NCBI RefSeq assembly: GCF_022539665.2
Contig: NC_081331.1
Coordinates: forward strand, 1,736,001 to 1,800,000
DNA length: 64,000 bases
Source: Daphnia carinata
Taxonomy: Eukaryota
Direction: 5' to 3'
Shown here: in pieces, positions 14,664-27,800 of the stretch
Position numbering within the stretch: the stretch's first letter is position 1
How the letters are laid out: each line of letters starts with the position of its first letter
Made by a program: the position numbers and the translations under genes
The notes under the pieces: generated by a model
Told to the model about the DNA's origin: nothing
What the model saw: the letters and a program-made list of their open reading frames with translations, nothing else
Databases searched by the model: none

Positions 14664-15839
14664 TCAAGCCGATTGATTCACTTGCAGCAAATGATGCTTA
14701 GCCATGAAATCCTGTTGTTGGCCAATAAACGCAGAATGATTGGCGAGGAAGTTCGGCAGTCCGGCGGCTGCTGCGGCCGCAGCCGCCATTTTGACTTCAC
14801 TGCTGTTTATCAACGCTCTCAAGTGATCTTTATTCGAGGACGAATGGAAGCTGTTGAAATGGGCCAAGGCAGCGGCCACGACAGAGGCCGATGGCGTCGA
14901 CGCTGCCACAGTAGAATGACCACGATGATGATGTCGATCAGACTGTTGATGATTTTGATGGAGCGCAGCAGAAGCGCTCGACGTAGTGGTTGTAACCACA
15001 GCCGTGGCAGTAGTTACGACCGACGATGTCGATGAGTTATTGGACGAGGCGGTCGTATGCTGGTGGGAAGATGTGGCTACAACCGTCGTCGCTGGATAGA
15101 GCTCGGCGTGCTGGCTCTCGCGGTGCCGCCGCAGGTCAACTTTGCGCTGGAAAGCTCGTCCGCAGTGGTCGCAGGCGAAAGGTTTGTAGCCGGTGTGCTT
15201 CCGGGAGTGGGTAATCAAGTTGGACGATTGGCTAAAGGCTTTCCCGCAGACCGCGCACTTGTGCGGCTTTTCACCTGCATCCAATGAAATTGTTTACAAT
15301 TAGAGATATGCGACTCAATCTTTTGCTTTGTTTTACTTCAAGACATTAGCTGTGAATAGTAGCGTTTACATTGTCAAACACATTCTGTGTAAATATACAC
15401 AGTACTGGCAGCCGCTATTCGACCGCGCTCTCATTGGTCTGATTGGAAAGATCCTGTGTCTGTGTTAATAGCATCAACCCACGTAAAAGAAAAAGACAGA
15501 GAGAAAAAAGTGGAATGAAAATCGTGGCGTATATTTTTAGATTGGTGTGTAGAACCCGGTTTTTTGTTTTTTTTCAATTCGGTTTGCTTAATGTAACGGT
15601 GGTCGTGTCCCTTTCCTGCTCTGCTGCTATCCTATGTATTAATATCTAAAGGGAAACTACATCGCTGTTGTGAGTGCGTGCAAAACAAAGGGGAAAACAA
15701 AGGAATGAGTATAAACGATTGGATCAACCGCAATCATTGGCAACAATATGGCCTATTCCTTCCTATACAGCTGTACTGTCGTAAAAATCAATTGACAGAC
15801 TCCCCTCAACGCGTCCGTTTTGCTCCCCGTCTTTTCCCT

Positions 15840-15901
<62 letters not shown>

Positions 15902-18282
15902 GCTCTTATTAACAAAGTTTTTACGTAACGCAAACATAAGCAATAGACACTATGGCCTCTACTACTAGATCGTAGTCGCTATGTACAGAGGAAAGACCAT
16001 AACGCAATTACGTCCGCCAGCCAATAAGGAAAAGATCAAAGCCAATCAATGTGGGGTGGGTGGGCTAGGAAAACGAAAGACAAGGGCCGTGCCAACCTAA
16101 TAACTGCGTGTTTACACACGAACTTTTTAGGTTGCCACGCCATTGCCCAAATGTTTCTTGCCTTCCTTCCTATAGACGCTGGATATGGCTCTTGACTAGC
16201 CGTGTGTTGTGATTCCATTTACAGGGACATCAGTTTGGGAAGCGTATAGAAAAGGTACCAGCAGGGAAATCAGTTAGAATAACCACGAACGCTGATGGGT
16301 TAGAGGACCTCTATAGCTCTCGGAGATCTTTATAATTGGGTTAACTTTTCTTTTTTGGAAGCTGTGGGGCTCGGCTTGCGTGCACCCAGTGCGTGTCAAG
16401 CCTCAGCGGAACTAATATTTACGCTGCTAGACGAGGGTTGGATGGAACGAACATCTACTGGGTGAAAGCCAGTCAATGTCGAGTGTTTTGTCAGCTCTTC
16501 AGATTGTGTCCGTTGTCTCTACCCCACGATAGACTTTCAGCTAGATCAGATACTTTACTTTCTTCCGCTTTAAACCAAGTGAATCACATATCAAACTGAT
16601 TTGCATGACATAAAACGTATTTCAGATTTTACGTCGGCTGTCCTTAAACGATTGTAATATTAAAAAAAAAAAGAAACGTTCACATACCCGTGTGGATGTA
16701 GGTGTGCTTTTTCATGTCGGATTTCTGGTGGAATCTTTTACCGCAATACTGACAAGGATACGGCCGCGTGTCCGAGTGGATGAGCAGGTGAGTCGACAGC
16801 GTCGACGACCGCTTGAACGTCTTGCCGCACTGTCGGCACTCGAAGACTTTTTCCGTATTGTGCAGCGACCTATTTTACGGTGTGAAAAATAACAAAATGA
16901 CCGTTTCTTTTTATTTTTTATGCCATCTGAATTGCTCGACCGAAAATACTACTATTAACAATGCTCTTATCACGTAAAAACATTTAAGGTCTATAATTCT
17001 AAGACTCGTCATGCGCAGCGTGTTCGTGAAATCTTTCCGGCCATAAGTTCGTTCAAATTTTAGACATCATGCATCAATCAAAACTAAACCAATGTGCCCC
17101 AGCAAAAAAAATGGTTTAGATTTGAATGTAAGTAAGGTAAAAATTCTACTGTTTTTGGTTAACTGCTGTACTTAAATAAAAAGGCTGCGTTTGCACAACG
17201 GGCAAGAAATAAGATGCGAATTTTTGTGAGCTGACTGACCGGTTACAAAATACGGACCGATGCTGATTGAGGCTGATCTCGTGGCCGAAAGTCTTGTTGC
17301 AGACGTCGCAGGCGAACGGCCTCTTGCCGTTGTGCGACCGCCGGGCGTGAACTTCCAATCCGTGCGGAGTCGAAAACATTTTCTCGCACTTGATGCACGA
17401 GAAATCGGTGGATCCGTTCAATCCGTTAACAACGCTTCCGCTATTAGCGCCCGCTGATCCTCCCGATACGGATCCTCCCCGCTGATGGAAACATTCCAAA
17501 GGGTATGGATGTTGCTGCTGTTGGCTGTTGTTGTGCGGAAGCCGACGGAGGTTAAAGAGCGAATCAGACGTTTGCTGCGATGTTTGCTGGGAAGCTGACG
17601 ACGGAAGTCCAATCCCAAACGGAAGAAAATTTGTCCCAGTAGGTGAAATGGGACTGAATGGATTTTTATTAGCCAGTTCCGGCGGAAGAAAAGAACCGTA
17701 GCTAAGCAATGAGAGTCTTCGCGATAAAGCATCGTTCATCCGGCGATTGAGAGCCGTAATGTCGTTGATGTTGCCCAAATTCTTGTAATTTCCAGATGTC
17801 TCTCCGATGATGACCACATCTCCCTTGGCCTGTCGATAACTGGCAGATTCGCTCAACAACGAGCGGACGCTGAAATTTCGTGTCGTCGACACCTTGTCGT
17901 TGGAAGGAATGGAAAGCGGAGGGCTTGTTGGCTGAGGTGGTGGGGACTCTGCTGCATCCAGAGCGATGGGTCTCCACAATGTAGTCGTCTTAACGATCGT
18001 CGTTTGTGGTGCTGATGGCGTCTCTTTCTCATTGCTCAAAAGTCGATCCATCCCGAATTGATGATGCGGAGTAATTATGTCTGAATTGCATACATGAAAC
18101 AAATTTGATAGCCTGAAATCAGTTTATTGAATATGAAAAGCGATTGAAAGTAAAAGATGTTTCCACCCACCTCGAGTAGCTGACTGTTGTGCGTCTGAAC
18201 AGAGTGGCCGTTCGTCAGTCATTGTTGCAGTCGAGGAGGACCGAGAGCTCGAAAGTGTCTGAACGTTGGGGCGAACAATCAT
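14664..18282 (-). CDS. sens-2: Gfi1/senseless-family C2H2 transcription factor with six fingers, senseless-2-like (~575 aa)
   Basis: Exons 18171-18282 (start ATG tentative), 17258-18080, 16688-16869, 14664-15274; phases consistent, total 1728 nt. Fingers: [128 protein letters not shown]. These are diagnostic of Gfi1/Pag-3/Sens. Intact fingers 1-2 favour the sens-2 lineage (inference). Ser/Thr/Ala/His-rich C-tail. Confidence 0.9.
15845..15894. repeat. (CT)n/(GA)n microsatellite in the last sens-2 intron
   Basis: About 25 perfect CT units. Confidence 0.95.
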
Positions 18283-19799
18283 GTCAGTTTGTACCCAATC
18301 AAAAGCCTGGTGACCCTGGTGCTATCAGATAAAAAAAAACCACAGATTATAAACAAAGAAAAAAAAGCACAATAAAATTATAAATGAAATGAAAGATATC
18401 AGACGATTGGACTTTGCAATCTTTAAGACCCCCCCCCAATGATTTAAAGTGAGGCGACAGTCATTCAGTGACAGCGGCCCTGCTCGTATCATATTCGACG
18501 TCGTCGTTGAGTGAGTCCATAGTTCAGCAGAACTTGTGACATCTTTACTCACCCCGACTAATTCTAGCTGTGGACTTGATTAAGCTTCTAAGCGTCAAGA
18601 TTTACCCCAAACACCTTCTAAATCGTGCCTCATGACCACGTACATCACGCTACTGATAAGAATTCACGCGATGGCTTTTATTTTCAGTGCGGTGGAGGAA
18701 AAGTGAACGTGACAGGATCAGTTAAATGGGATTCTCGCAGTACGAACAAAAGTTTCCACGATTGAGCGCTGTAAATCAATGTTTGTTGCCTCTGTATAAA
18801 ACATAAAACAACGCTAAGTTGTGTTCGTTGCTCTAATCACGATCGCGGCAAACACAAATCTGACGGCCATCAGAATGTACTTTACGCTCGGCTTTTCCTC
18901 GGAGGCGGACACACACAAAAATCTATGATTTGGCTGTAGGAGTTCTTATCATCATGTCAACACACGTGTAAAGGTCTTTCTTAAACTGGTCTCATTCCAA
19001 CACGACGTCAGTTCGTCGGGTGTGAATTTTGTTGCACTACGAATATATATCGAAACATCAACACGAAAGGGATTCATTCTACGATTAAAGTCAGGCGTTC
19101 TCTATGACGTTTTCGCCCCATGTTCGTGCAGTCCACCTGTCAAATCTGTACCCATACAAATCCGAGAGCGACATCGATCGAATTAGAGCCACCTTAAAAA
19201 TGGCGTAATACATCGATCCAAATGGCCTATTTTTATTTGTGTTTCTTACCTCTACGAGACGGTAGACACGTAAGTATCAAACTAGGATGTTTTTATCTCG
19301 CAAAAGCTGTCTGGTGAATCTTGGAGCGCAGATTGTTATTCAAGGTGGACGTCAATCCGACTCAAAAGTCGATAAACGAGGTGGCACAAAAAAAAACAAA
19401 AAAAACAAAGAGATCACGAGCTGATGGGGGGTGCAAACCTTCTGAGGGCCAGATTTTGCTCACTGGTGATAGAAAGATCAGAAACGGACGGGAAGTAGGC
19501 GGTGATTGACGGCTGGAGTCTTATGAACAGGGAGTCACTGTGTTGGGTGGCTCGTGAATGTGCGTGAACGTCTAATCAAGTCACAGTCGAGTAGCTCAAG
19601 CTTTTGACTTGTCGGATGGATGGTTCACTTTACTATACAGATGCAAGACAAACGCTTCCCTCCTACAGTGCGGAAGCGCTGGCGCAGTGCATCACTTTTC
19701 AAATGGATGCTGGAACACCGTCTGTGAGGAAAACTAGCTAAAAATCGAGGGTCGGAGTAAATAAAGGGAGGGGTGAGGAGGGTAAAGATTCACGTCGGT

Positions 19800-20100
19800 T
19801 TTAACTACAACCCCGCCATCATCCGTTCGCATTTTTCTGTCTGTCGTCCGAGAGAAACCCGGGAGCCGGGCTGCGATTGGATGAGCCGGAGGAAGGCGAG
19901 CGGATCTGGTTGGTGGGCTGCCCGTGATTGTTCCCCACCCTTTCTTCCTCCTCCACCCTACGTTATAGGGCCGGCATCCGCCCTTTCTATCTTCTCTCCC
20001 ACGTCCAAATTGCTTCCCGTTGCGTGCGTGCGCACTCTTCTCATCCGCGGCTCCCGCCATGCCCTCCACGCAAACATCGTGCTGGGCATCTCTTTTTTTT
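19800..20100. promoter_or_regulatory. GC-rich patch upstream of sens-2, candidate promoter
   Basis: Locally GC/CpG-rich with an ATTGG (CCAAT) box near 19877. Lies upstream of a strong minus-strand donor (GAG|GTAAGA at 19250/19249) that could end a 5'UTR exon. Confidence 0.3.
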
Positions 20101-21504
20101 TTTTTCTCTTTGAGTTTCTACATCTTTTACAGGATCGAGACGGAGACTGGGCGCCTACGTCACAAGTGTAGGAGGTATCGTTTATTTCGATTACGTGAGC
20201 GCAAAAAGGACTGTAAACCTTAATGACGGGTTTTTTTGTTTTTTTTACGTCTTGGCCGAATGAAAAACTGGAACCGACCGGTTTTTTCTTTTTTAACTTA
20301 GCTGATATCTCACCTTGTGTACTTGGCTGGGTCGTCTCTCTCTCTTTTTTTTTTTTTTTTTTTGACGTTTTTTATTCAGATTTTATTGCTTGTTTGTTGA
20401 CACTGTATTTTGACTTGTTTTTTTTTTTTTCGATACAAGATCGAGATAGGACGAACCAAATCACTCGGCACTGAAAAAGGACGTACTTGATCCCTCCGCC
20501 AACACAAAACGTACGTCATTCGAAATCGTTTCTACGTTACAATCTTCACGTGTGCCACAAAAAAATAAATGCGGGTGATGACACCATCATTACTGTATGC
20601 AAGTTTTTAAAAGTTACGACGAAGAGATAAAGCAGAGCGCTTTTGCATTTTTAGAATGCGATACCGTTATGATTTGGTTCTAGAATTATGCGAGCATGTT
20701 TTTTTCTCTCTCTTATACCGTCCGATGTTTCAAATCATTGGCCATTACCATATCCGTGCTCATGAATATTTAAATATTCAGAACGGAATTAATTCTTTCA
20801 CGTTTTCTCTACGAATTGGTAATAAATCAAATTTTATTTCCAAACGTAGAATAACGATAGTTTCTGTGTTCTGATTGAAAAATCGATAGCCGAGAACTCT
20901 CAACTTACAAGCGTTTAACAACATCATCAACTATGTCATTTTTTTTTCCTTTTTATTCTAATACCTTTTTTTGTTTCCTTTTATTTTGTAAAACATAGTC
21001 TTATTTTCTTCCTATTTTTTTTTAAAGGACACTTTGGAAGAGCGATGGACGATCAAGCGAGTCATTTCCTGCTCCGTTGGAGGACACCCGGTCGGGCTAA
21101 ATGACCCGGACCGACGACGGACGAGCTCGTTACCTGCACAATCTGCGACCCGTTTCTTTTTCCCCCTCTTTTTCCTTTTATTTCTTCTGACCAAAAACTC
21201 GTTATTCCAGCGTACAAGTTCAATGTGCAGAAGAAGAATAGGACACTGTTGCGTTGCTGGCTCCTATACGTTTCTGTTGCAGTCGGTTTCGCTCCGTTGG
21301 CACAACCAGCCACGAAAGCAATAAGGTAAACAGGGCCTAAACTCGGGTTCAAATTTCATTCACTTAATGTATTTATTTATTTTGTGTATGTGTACGTATT
21401 TTTTTCCGTGCGACTTTGCCAGCGTTTGAAGCCAATTAGCAGCAATTTTAAGCCGAACATTTCCAGTTCGTTAATGTATTGAAGCAAATTAAGGTTTTTT
21501 TTGT

Positions 21505-21507
<3 letters not shown>

Positions 21508-21540
<33 letters not shown>
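21508..21540. repeat. Poly-T homopolymer (~33 nt)
   Basis: Directly visible upstream of the lysozyme gene. Confidence 0.9.
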
Positions 21541-21541
<1 letters not shown>

Positions 21542-21844
21542 TTAATTCTTTTATCGTTCTTTTGAACCTTAGTTAAGAATTTAATAAGCAAAACTTGAAC
21601 GCTTGCTTAGATTCAAACGGTGTATAACTGGTGCGTAACGCACGGTCGTTGAGTCGTTCAGACGTTGTGTTCTGTATGAGCATATTTAGTACATCACAAA
21701 TGTGTGATAATTATAGAGGCAAATGATGACATTGTTTGGCTGAGTTGATTCCAGGCACGCGGACATTGATCCTCCATACGTGTTTGCCTTGTTTCTTCCC
21801 TTTTTTTTTCTTATAGCTCCGCATAGACAACAGCAATTACACGA

Positions 21845-23821
21845 ATGTCGTCAAGTGCAACGCACACGTTGTTTACGACTGGCGTGCTGATGGTGCTGAT
21901 GGCCTCTTGGTGCGTTCCGCTCGGCCGGGCCAAAACTTACGACAGATGCCAGCTCGCCCGCGATTTACTCCACAAGTACAAACTGCCGGCCAATCAAATC
22001 TCCCAGTGTACGTTGTCCTGATTTTGTGATTTTCTTTTTCGCCTTTCTATCACGGAACAATGAAAGTAGCTCTACAAAGCGTGATGTTCTCATTGATTTT
22101 TATGGACGAGGAAATCGGGACGCTATTTGCAGTGCTCAAATCTATGCAACGATGGAACTAATGATTTGCTCCTTCTTCCTTCGTTTCTTTTTTTCTTGTT
22201 TCTTTTTCGTGCTGATAGTTATTTGATTTCTCTTTGATGATGACCGTTACTTCAATGCACGCAGGGATTTGCCTTGTGCGCTGGGAAAGCAATTTCAACA
22301 CGTCTGCCATCGGCTCTCTCAACGCGGATGGCTCTCTTGATCATGGATTGTTCCAGATTTCAGACCTATACTGGTGCGATCACGCAGAGGGCATGGATAG
22401 CGCCTGTGGTATCACTTGCGAAAGTATATTCATCATTTAAATCGATTTCCTCTCACAAATTAATCCGCTATTCTTTTATTTACGTAACAGACCTAAGGAA
22501 CGAGGATATTAAAGACGACGTCATTTGCGCCAAGCGAATCTTCCGGCAACATCAGCACTTGACGGGAAATGGCTTCAACGCGTGGTACGTATTTAAAAGC
22601 TGTTTCATATTTTTTTCTTTCGTTTCTTATTAATTCTTTTCCTTTTCTTTTATTATTATCTTTTTTAAGATAACGAGCTACGAAAAAGTATTTAATGACC
22701 GGTTTTAGTAATTATACGAAATACTTTTTCGACTCGAATTGATACTAGAAAACTCTTACGCGTTAAAACAAATTTATTGGAGGCTAACTATAAGACTTTC
22801 TGTGTGGCCCTTGTTGCCTCTGAGTTTTATTCTTCTTATTTTTCCTTGTACAGCTTTTTTTTTCTCGTGCAGAAATTTTTTTCCTTTAATTTTCCCATTA
22901 AAAAGAAAAAGAAAAATTAAGTAAGAAATTAAGCGAACTATAGACCATAGCTATAACATAAAGAAAAGAGCATTAGAGCGCAATTCTTTGTTCTTTTTAA
23001 TGTTCAGTGTAGCACTCCTGACGCAATAGTCGGGAAGTCAACAAAGAAGTGTTTGGTTGGCTTCTCTTTCAGCTAGTTTGGAAATTGACCAATAAGGCAC
23101 CAAAACACACATTGACGATCACAGTGTAAATCGATAAACGCCTCCCCTCCTCTCCATCCTTAGATACTAATTATTCAATTCTTCTTGAAAATATGTACGC
23201 AATTCCAGTTTTATCGTTATACAGCCCTTGTTCTAGTTATCACTTTAGATTTTCGTAAGACTTGCGTGATATCCGTTGAACGTAGCTTAACATATCAAGG
23301 AAACACTGCCTTAAGCAGTTCTCCACGAACCATCCGAAAAAAAAAAATGTCGTACATGATTTTCAACTGGAGGATGACGGAATCAGCGTGTCAAAGACCG
23401 CGAAAGTGAGACATTACAAGTGTTGTATTGGCTGCTTGACAACAATTGAAGGACAACCGTGTTTATTACATCACGCATTCCTTTTTATTATACGGCCTTC
23501 TGGATAGTGAATAATGGTTACAGGAATTCCATTCTGATCTGTTTTTTTTTTTTTTTCATTTGTTCTTTTTGTTTTCTTGGTTTTTTTCTAATGCGTGTAT
23601 GCAGGGTGGCGTGGAAGCTTCACTGCCAGGGAAATACGGATTCTTACACTGCCGATTGTAGCACTTCTAAAGGTAGCCCATCACTGACCAACGATTCGAA
23701 CGCCGATCGGGAGCGGAAACCGCAATTGGCCGCTCGACCAGAAAACCCGCAAACGCAGCAACCCAACTGGCTATGGTCCCCGTTCAGTCAACCAATTCCG
23801 ACCGGTTGGCTATTCTTTTGA
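21845..23821 (+). CDS. c-type lysozyme (GH22) precursor with ~50-aa C-terminal extension (~210 aa)
   Basis: Exons 21845-22007, 22265-22423, 22491-22584, 23605-23821; total 633 nt. Signal peptide, then KTYDRCQLARDL..WICLVRWESNFNTSA..NADGSLDHGLFQISDLYWC..ACGITC..DIKDDVICAKRIF..GFNAWVAWKLHC..DC. Eight conserved Cys; catalytic Glu (WES) and Asp (SLDHG) equivalents present. Confidence 0.95.
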
Positions 23822-24824
23822 GCACAAAAAACCTAGGGAAAAAAAAAAAACTGAAATAAAACGATGCTTGTAGAAAGAGAGTATCTGTACACGTCTGAAA
23901 GAAAACAAAAATTTTAACATTTTTCACGAGGTTTGCAGTACACGTATAGTTATTTGCCATAACATACTTTTATTCTTTTTTTTTTTTTTTGTGAAGAGAA
24001 AGAAATAAAATGCGCTTGCGCGCTGATTACTAGAAGCGGAATGCGGAACATGCGCCTCTTCAACTGTCACACATACATCATCGAATAAAAGCTTCACTCC
24101 ATTCCGCCGCCGCTTTTCGAACCTCATCTTCCACTGATGTGCAACAGCAAACGGGGTGATGGAGTTGATGGTATCTAGGAAGCGCATTTTTTCTTCAATC
24201 AGCGTGAGAGGGAAGCAGGTGAAATTTTATCCTGCGACATTGGGGGAAAAAAATGGGTGGAATCCACCAAAATCCAGCACACAATTTAAAGGTTGAAATA
24301 GTAGAGAAGAAATCCCTGCTGTACATTTGAAGAGCCATAAGACATAACTCTTGTCTTGTCTACCGAATCGAATGACAAGAACATATTTTTTGAGGGGCAT
24401 AGGGTCTACATAATCCCGTTTATTTTCCTTCCCCGTTCGCATCATAATTCATTTGCCCTTGATCCACAAATCCAGATGGTTAATCAATCAAGAAAGAAGG
24501 TCTGATGTGGCTGAAGGATGACATGATTGGCGGTCGGCCACGACGTTCTTTCCCGTTCTTGGTCCAGCAAGATTCTTGTTGTTTCGACGAAGCTTTGCTT
24601 CTAGGTCCAACGTAGATGTCCACGTGTAGGCTATAAAAAAGTAGTCCCTCGAAGTAAAATCACGATGCAAATCAGCACCGCAAATGGGGCATACACGGAA
24701 AAAGAAACGTTGCATTTCCATTTGGTTCGTATCGGTTCGTTGCTGCCCGTTTTTTTTTTCTCTCGCTATGTTTAGTGATTGAAAGAATGGGCGACGAACG
24801 ATCCGGAACGTCGAAAGAGATAAT

Positions 24825-27800
24825 CACGTGCCTCCTCAACTTATATATATATTTTTTTTTCTGTGGGGGAGAAAAGAATAGATTGGGCTAGAGTTTACAT
24901 TATACGAGTGGATTGTTATATGCACCCACCTATGTAGCTTATGTTGCACGTAAAATTACGAAGGCAAAGACGGCCGATTGTTGCTGAACTTGGCCGAGTA
25001 CATATCCTATACGAAATAGAATTTTTAGAGGCACTTATGGCACTGGCTATCGTGCCCGGAACATCAGCAGAAATGTATAATTATAGGAAAAAGGAATCGA
25101 TTATCCACACAGGGTTAGCCTTGTGTGAAGACGCAAATGCCTTCCAAAACTGTAAAGAAAAATCGAAAAAGGACGTGGAGCAAGTCGCGGTGATTGCGTT
25201 TTACCTATTCAGTTTTGGCTTTCGGAAAAGGAGAGGCAAGAACCCATTGCATGCGGAATGTAAAGGGAAAAGAAGAAGGAAGTAGACGACTGGAACGCGT
25301 GCCAAACTTTTGTATACGTCGGGAGGGAGTACGCCAGCGATTTATTTGATCACCGACCTCGCGCGCGCTCTTGCGGTTGCCTGCTCTCTCTCTCTCTCTC
25401 CTGTCTTGCCACGTTCCTTCTACAAGTCTTACAGTTTCTCGCCTTTTCTGGTTTTTTTTTTCTTCTTTCTTTTCCCATTTTCTCTGTGTGGTATGTCGAG
25501 CGCGTGCTGTTGTCCGGTACCGTTTCCACTTCACGAACGACTTCACATAGGACTTACTGCAAAGGAGGCGCATGTTTCATTATCTTCTTCGTTTCTCTTC
25601 GTGACCAAGTCCAACTTCCCATTATTCTTCCTAATATTCACCGGTCATTTTTTTTTTTCTCTTAACGGCGTCGGCCGTTTGTAGCAGCCGTCTGCATCCA
25701 ACGGGGAAATGTCATCATCCATTCTTGAGAGCAAACAAATTTTTGTTTTCCGTGAACGGCCTCATTTTTTCTTTTTTTTCTTTTTCCTTCTCTTGTTCGT
25801 TTTACTTGTCGGACATTACGTTCTACCTTTTCGAATCGGGTTTGGTACGGTAAAAAAACGGCAACAACAAATTGCCTTCCGACGATTGAATGGTGTAGCC
25901 AGAGGCAAAAGGGGGGGGGGGGAACGCTGCTCCTGGTAAATGGAATGAAGAAGAATAATATGTAAGACAGTGGCCAGTTGTATAAGGACAATGCGAGGTA
26001 ATCACGAGGATAACTGGCCTAGCGTGACTTATCCATCCGTCCAGCTACCATATTTTTCTGGACGTGTAGTGATGGGCCAGCTAAGAGTAAAAGGGATGGG
26101 GTTTTCCTTTTTTTTTTTTTTCGGGGAAGTAGATAGTCGGTTATCCAGCACTTAGCTAGCGTGATTGCCGCAAACACGCGCGGACGTCCCGCGCGTACAG
26201 CCTAACTATTCCACGTCTGTGGGCTATCTAGTGAATGTTGCCCAATGTTTCACGCGCGCTAGTCAAGGACGGGGGGAACCAAAAAGAAAAAAAAAAAAAG
26301 AGCAGATAAACTGACGAAATGATTTGAATGGAACATGCTAAAAACCTTTCAATCGAGGAGATTGAGAAGAATCGAGCTAAGCGCTGCCAACCGATGACAT
26401 TCCATGCATTCTAAGCTTTTCCCAACATGAAGCCGAGAGTGGGACTTGAAAACAACAGTAACGCGGACACGGCCTCCGAAATTTTGTTTTATTTGGTTCA
26501 ATTCCTGCTGACAACATAATGATCTCGTATCGCCCGTTGTTTGGACGCTTGGCTTTCCCGAATTTCTTTGGCTGGCACTGAGTCATGACTCTGTAATCGA
26601 TTTGATTCATATCACGTAACTGTTGGCGTAATAATCTTTTCCCTGGCACCACCAACCGCTACGCTCTCTACTTCGATAGATATGGCTCTTAAATTCATCG
26701 ACTTTAAACTCAACGCAATCGCGTGAAAGCAGAGCATTTCAAACGATATAGAATTAATCGAGCGAGAAGAAGGAAAAAATGAAGAAAGAAAGCTTGGGCT
26801 TCTTCAATGTCTTAAACCCTACCTGCTCGTTGCACGATGAGGCTAATACCCCGAGAACTTTCACGCGTGCCAACAACCAATTTCATAGCGACATATAAAT
26901 ACTATATATACTGCATGTATCCAACAGGACGAGATTCGGTTCAAAACGAAACGCTTGGACACCATATGGAAAAGCCACCATCATCGGCCGTAATAGTCTA
27001 ACCAACAAATTCGGGAAATAACAACCGATAGGCAAACTTTCTCCGCCGAGTGTTGGCCGCACAACAAATGAAACGATGTGTTATCTGACTTTCATACGGC
27101 GTGAAGCGTTCGATATAGCGTTAAAAAGAGATTCTTATAGGGGAACTGAGGTGTGCACGAGAGGCCAGACAGGTTTTACGCAACATTCTATAGTCGAGGA
27201 AATGGTTTCATAAATGTACAGACAATATATATATATATATATTAAAAAAAAAAAAAAAAAAAGAATACACGGATGATCACTTCACAGCTTATGCGTCCAT
27301 TTGGGCGTGAGCTGCGCATTTCAGCGGTTGGATTTTCTAACCGGCCGCAACCTACTTTGATCGGCCAATGAAAAAGCGTTATCAATATATTATTATAGTT
27401 AGTATACGTGCGTCTATTATAAAGAGTACTTGTAATATTTTCCTTTTAGAACATCAGCTTTCTTTTTATCGAAACCAGCAGCAAATGAATCTCTTTTGAT
27501 CTGCTTTCTTTTTTGTTTTTCCTCAAATAGAATTACAAAGGAAATGTAAGCCCGATGTCCAAATTTCTCTGCCCAAATACCGAGTCCTTGTCTTGTATGT
27601 TTTTTTTTTCCACTTTATTGGAGATCCAAATCACTATGTGTGACTCTCGGGATGTATTCGTTCAATGACTTTATAATTCAATCAATTGATGGCAGAAGCG
27701 GAAAGAAAGGAAACAGATAAAAAGGGAAGACTAAAGGAAATGGTTGCGCGGGGAGTTGACTGCACGGATCCCGTCCAGCTGTCGACGATAAGTTCAAATT

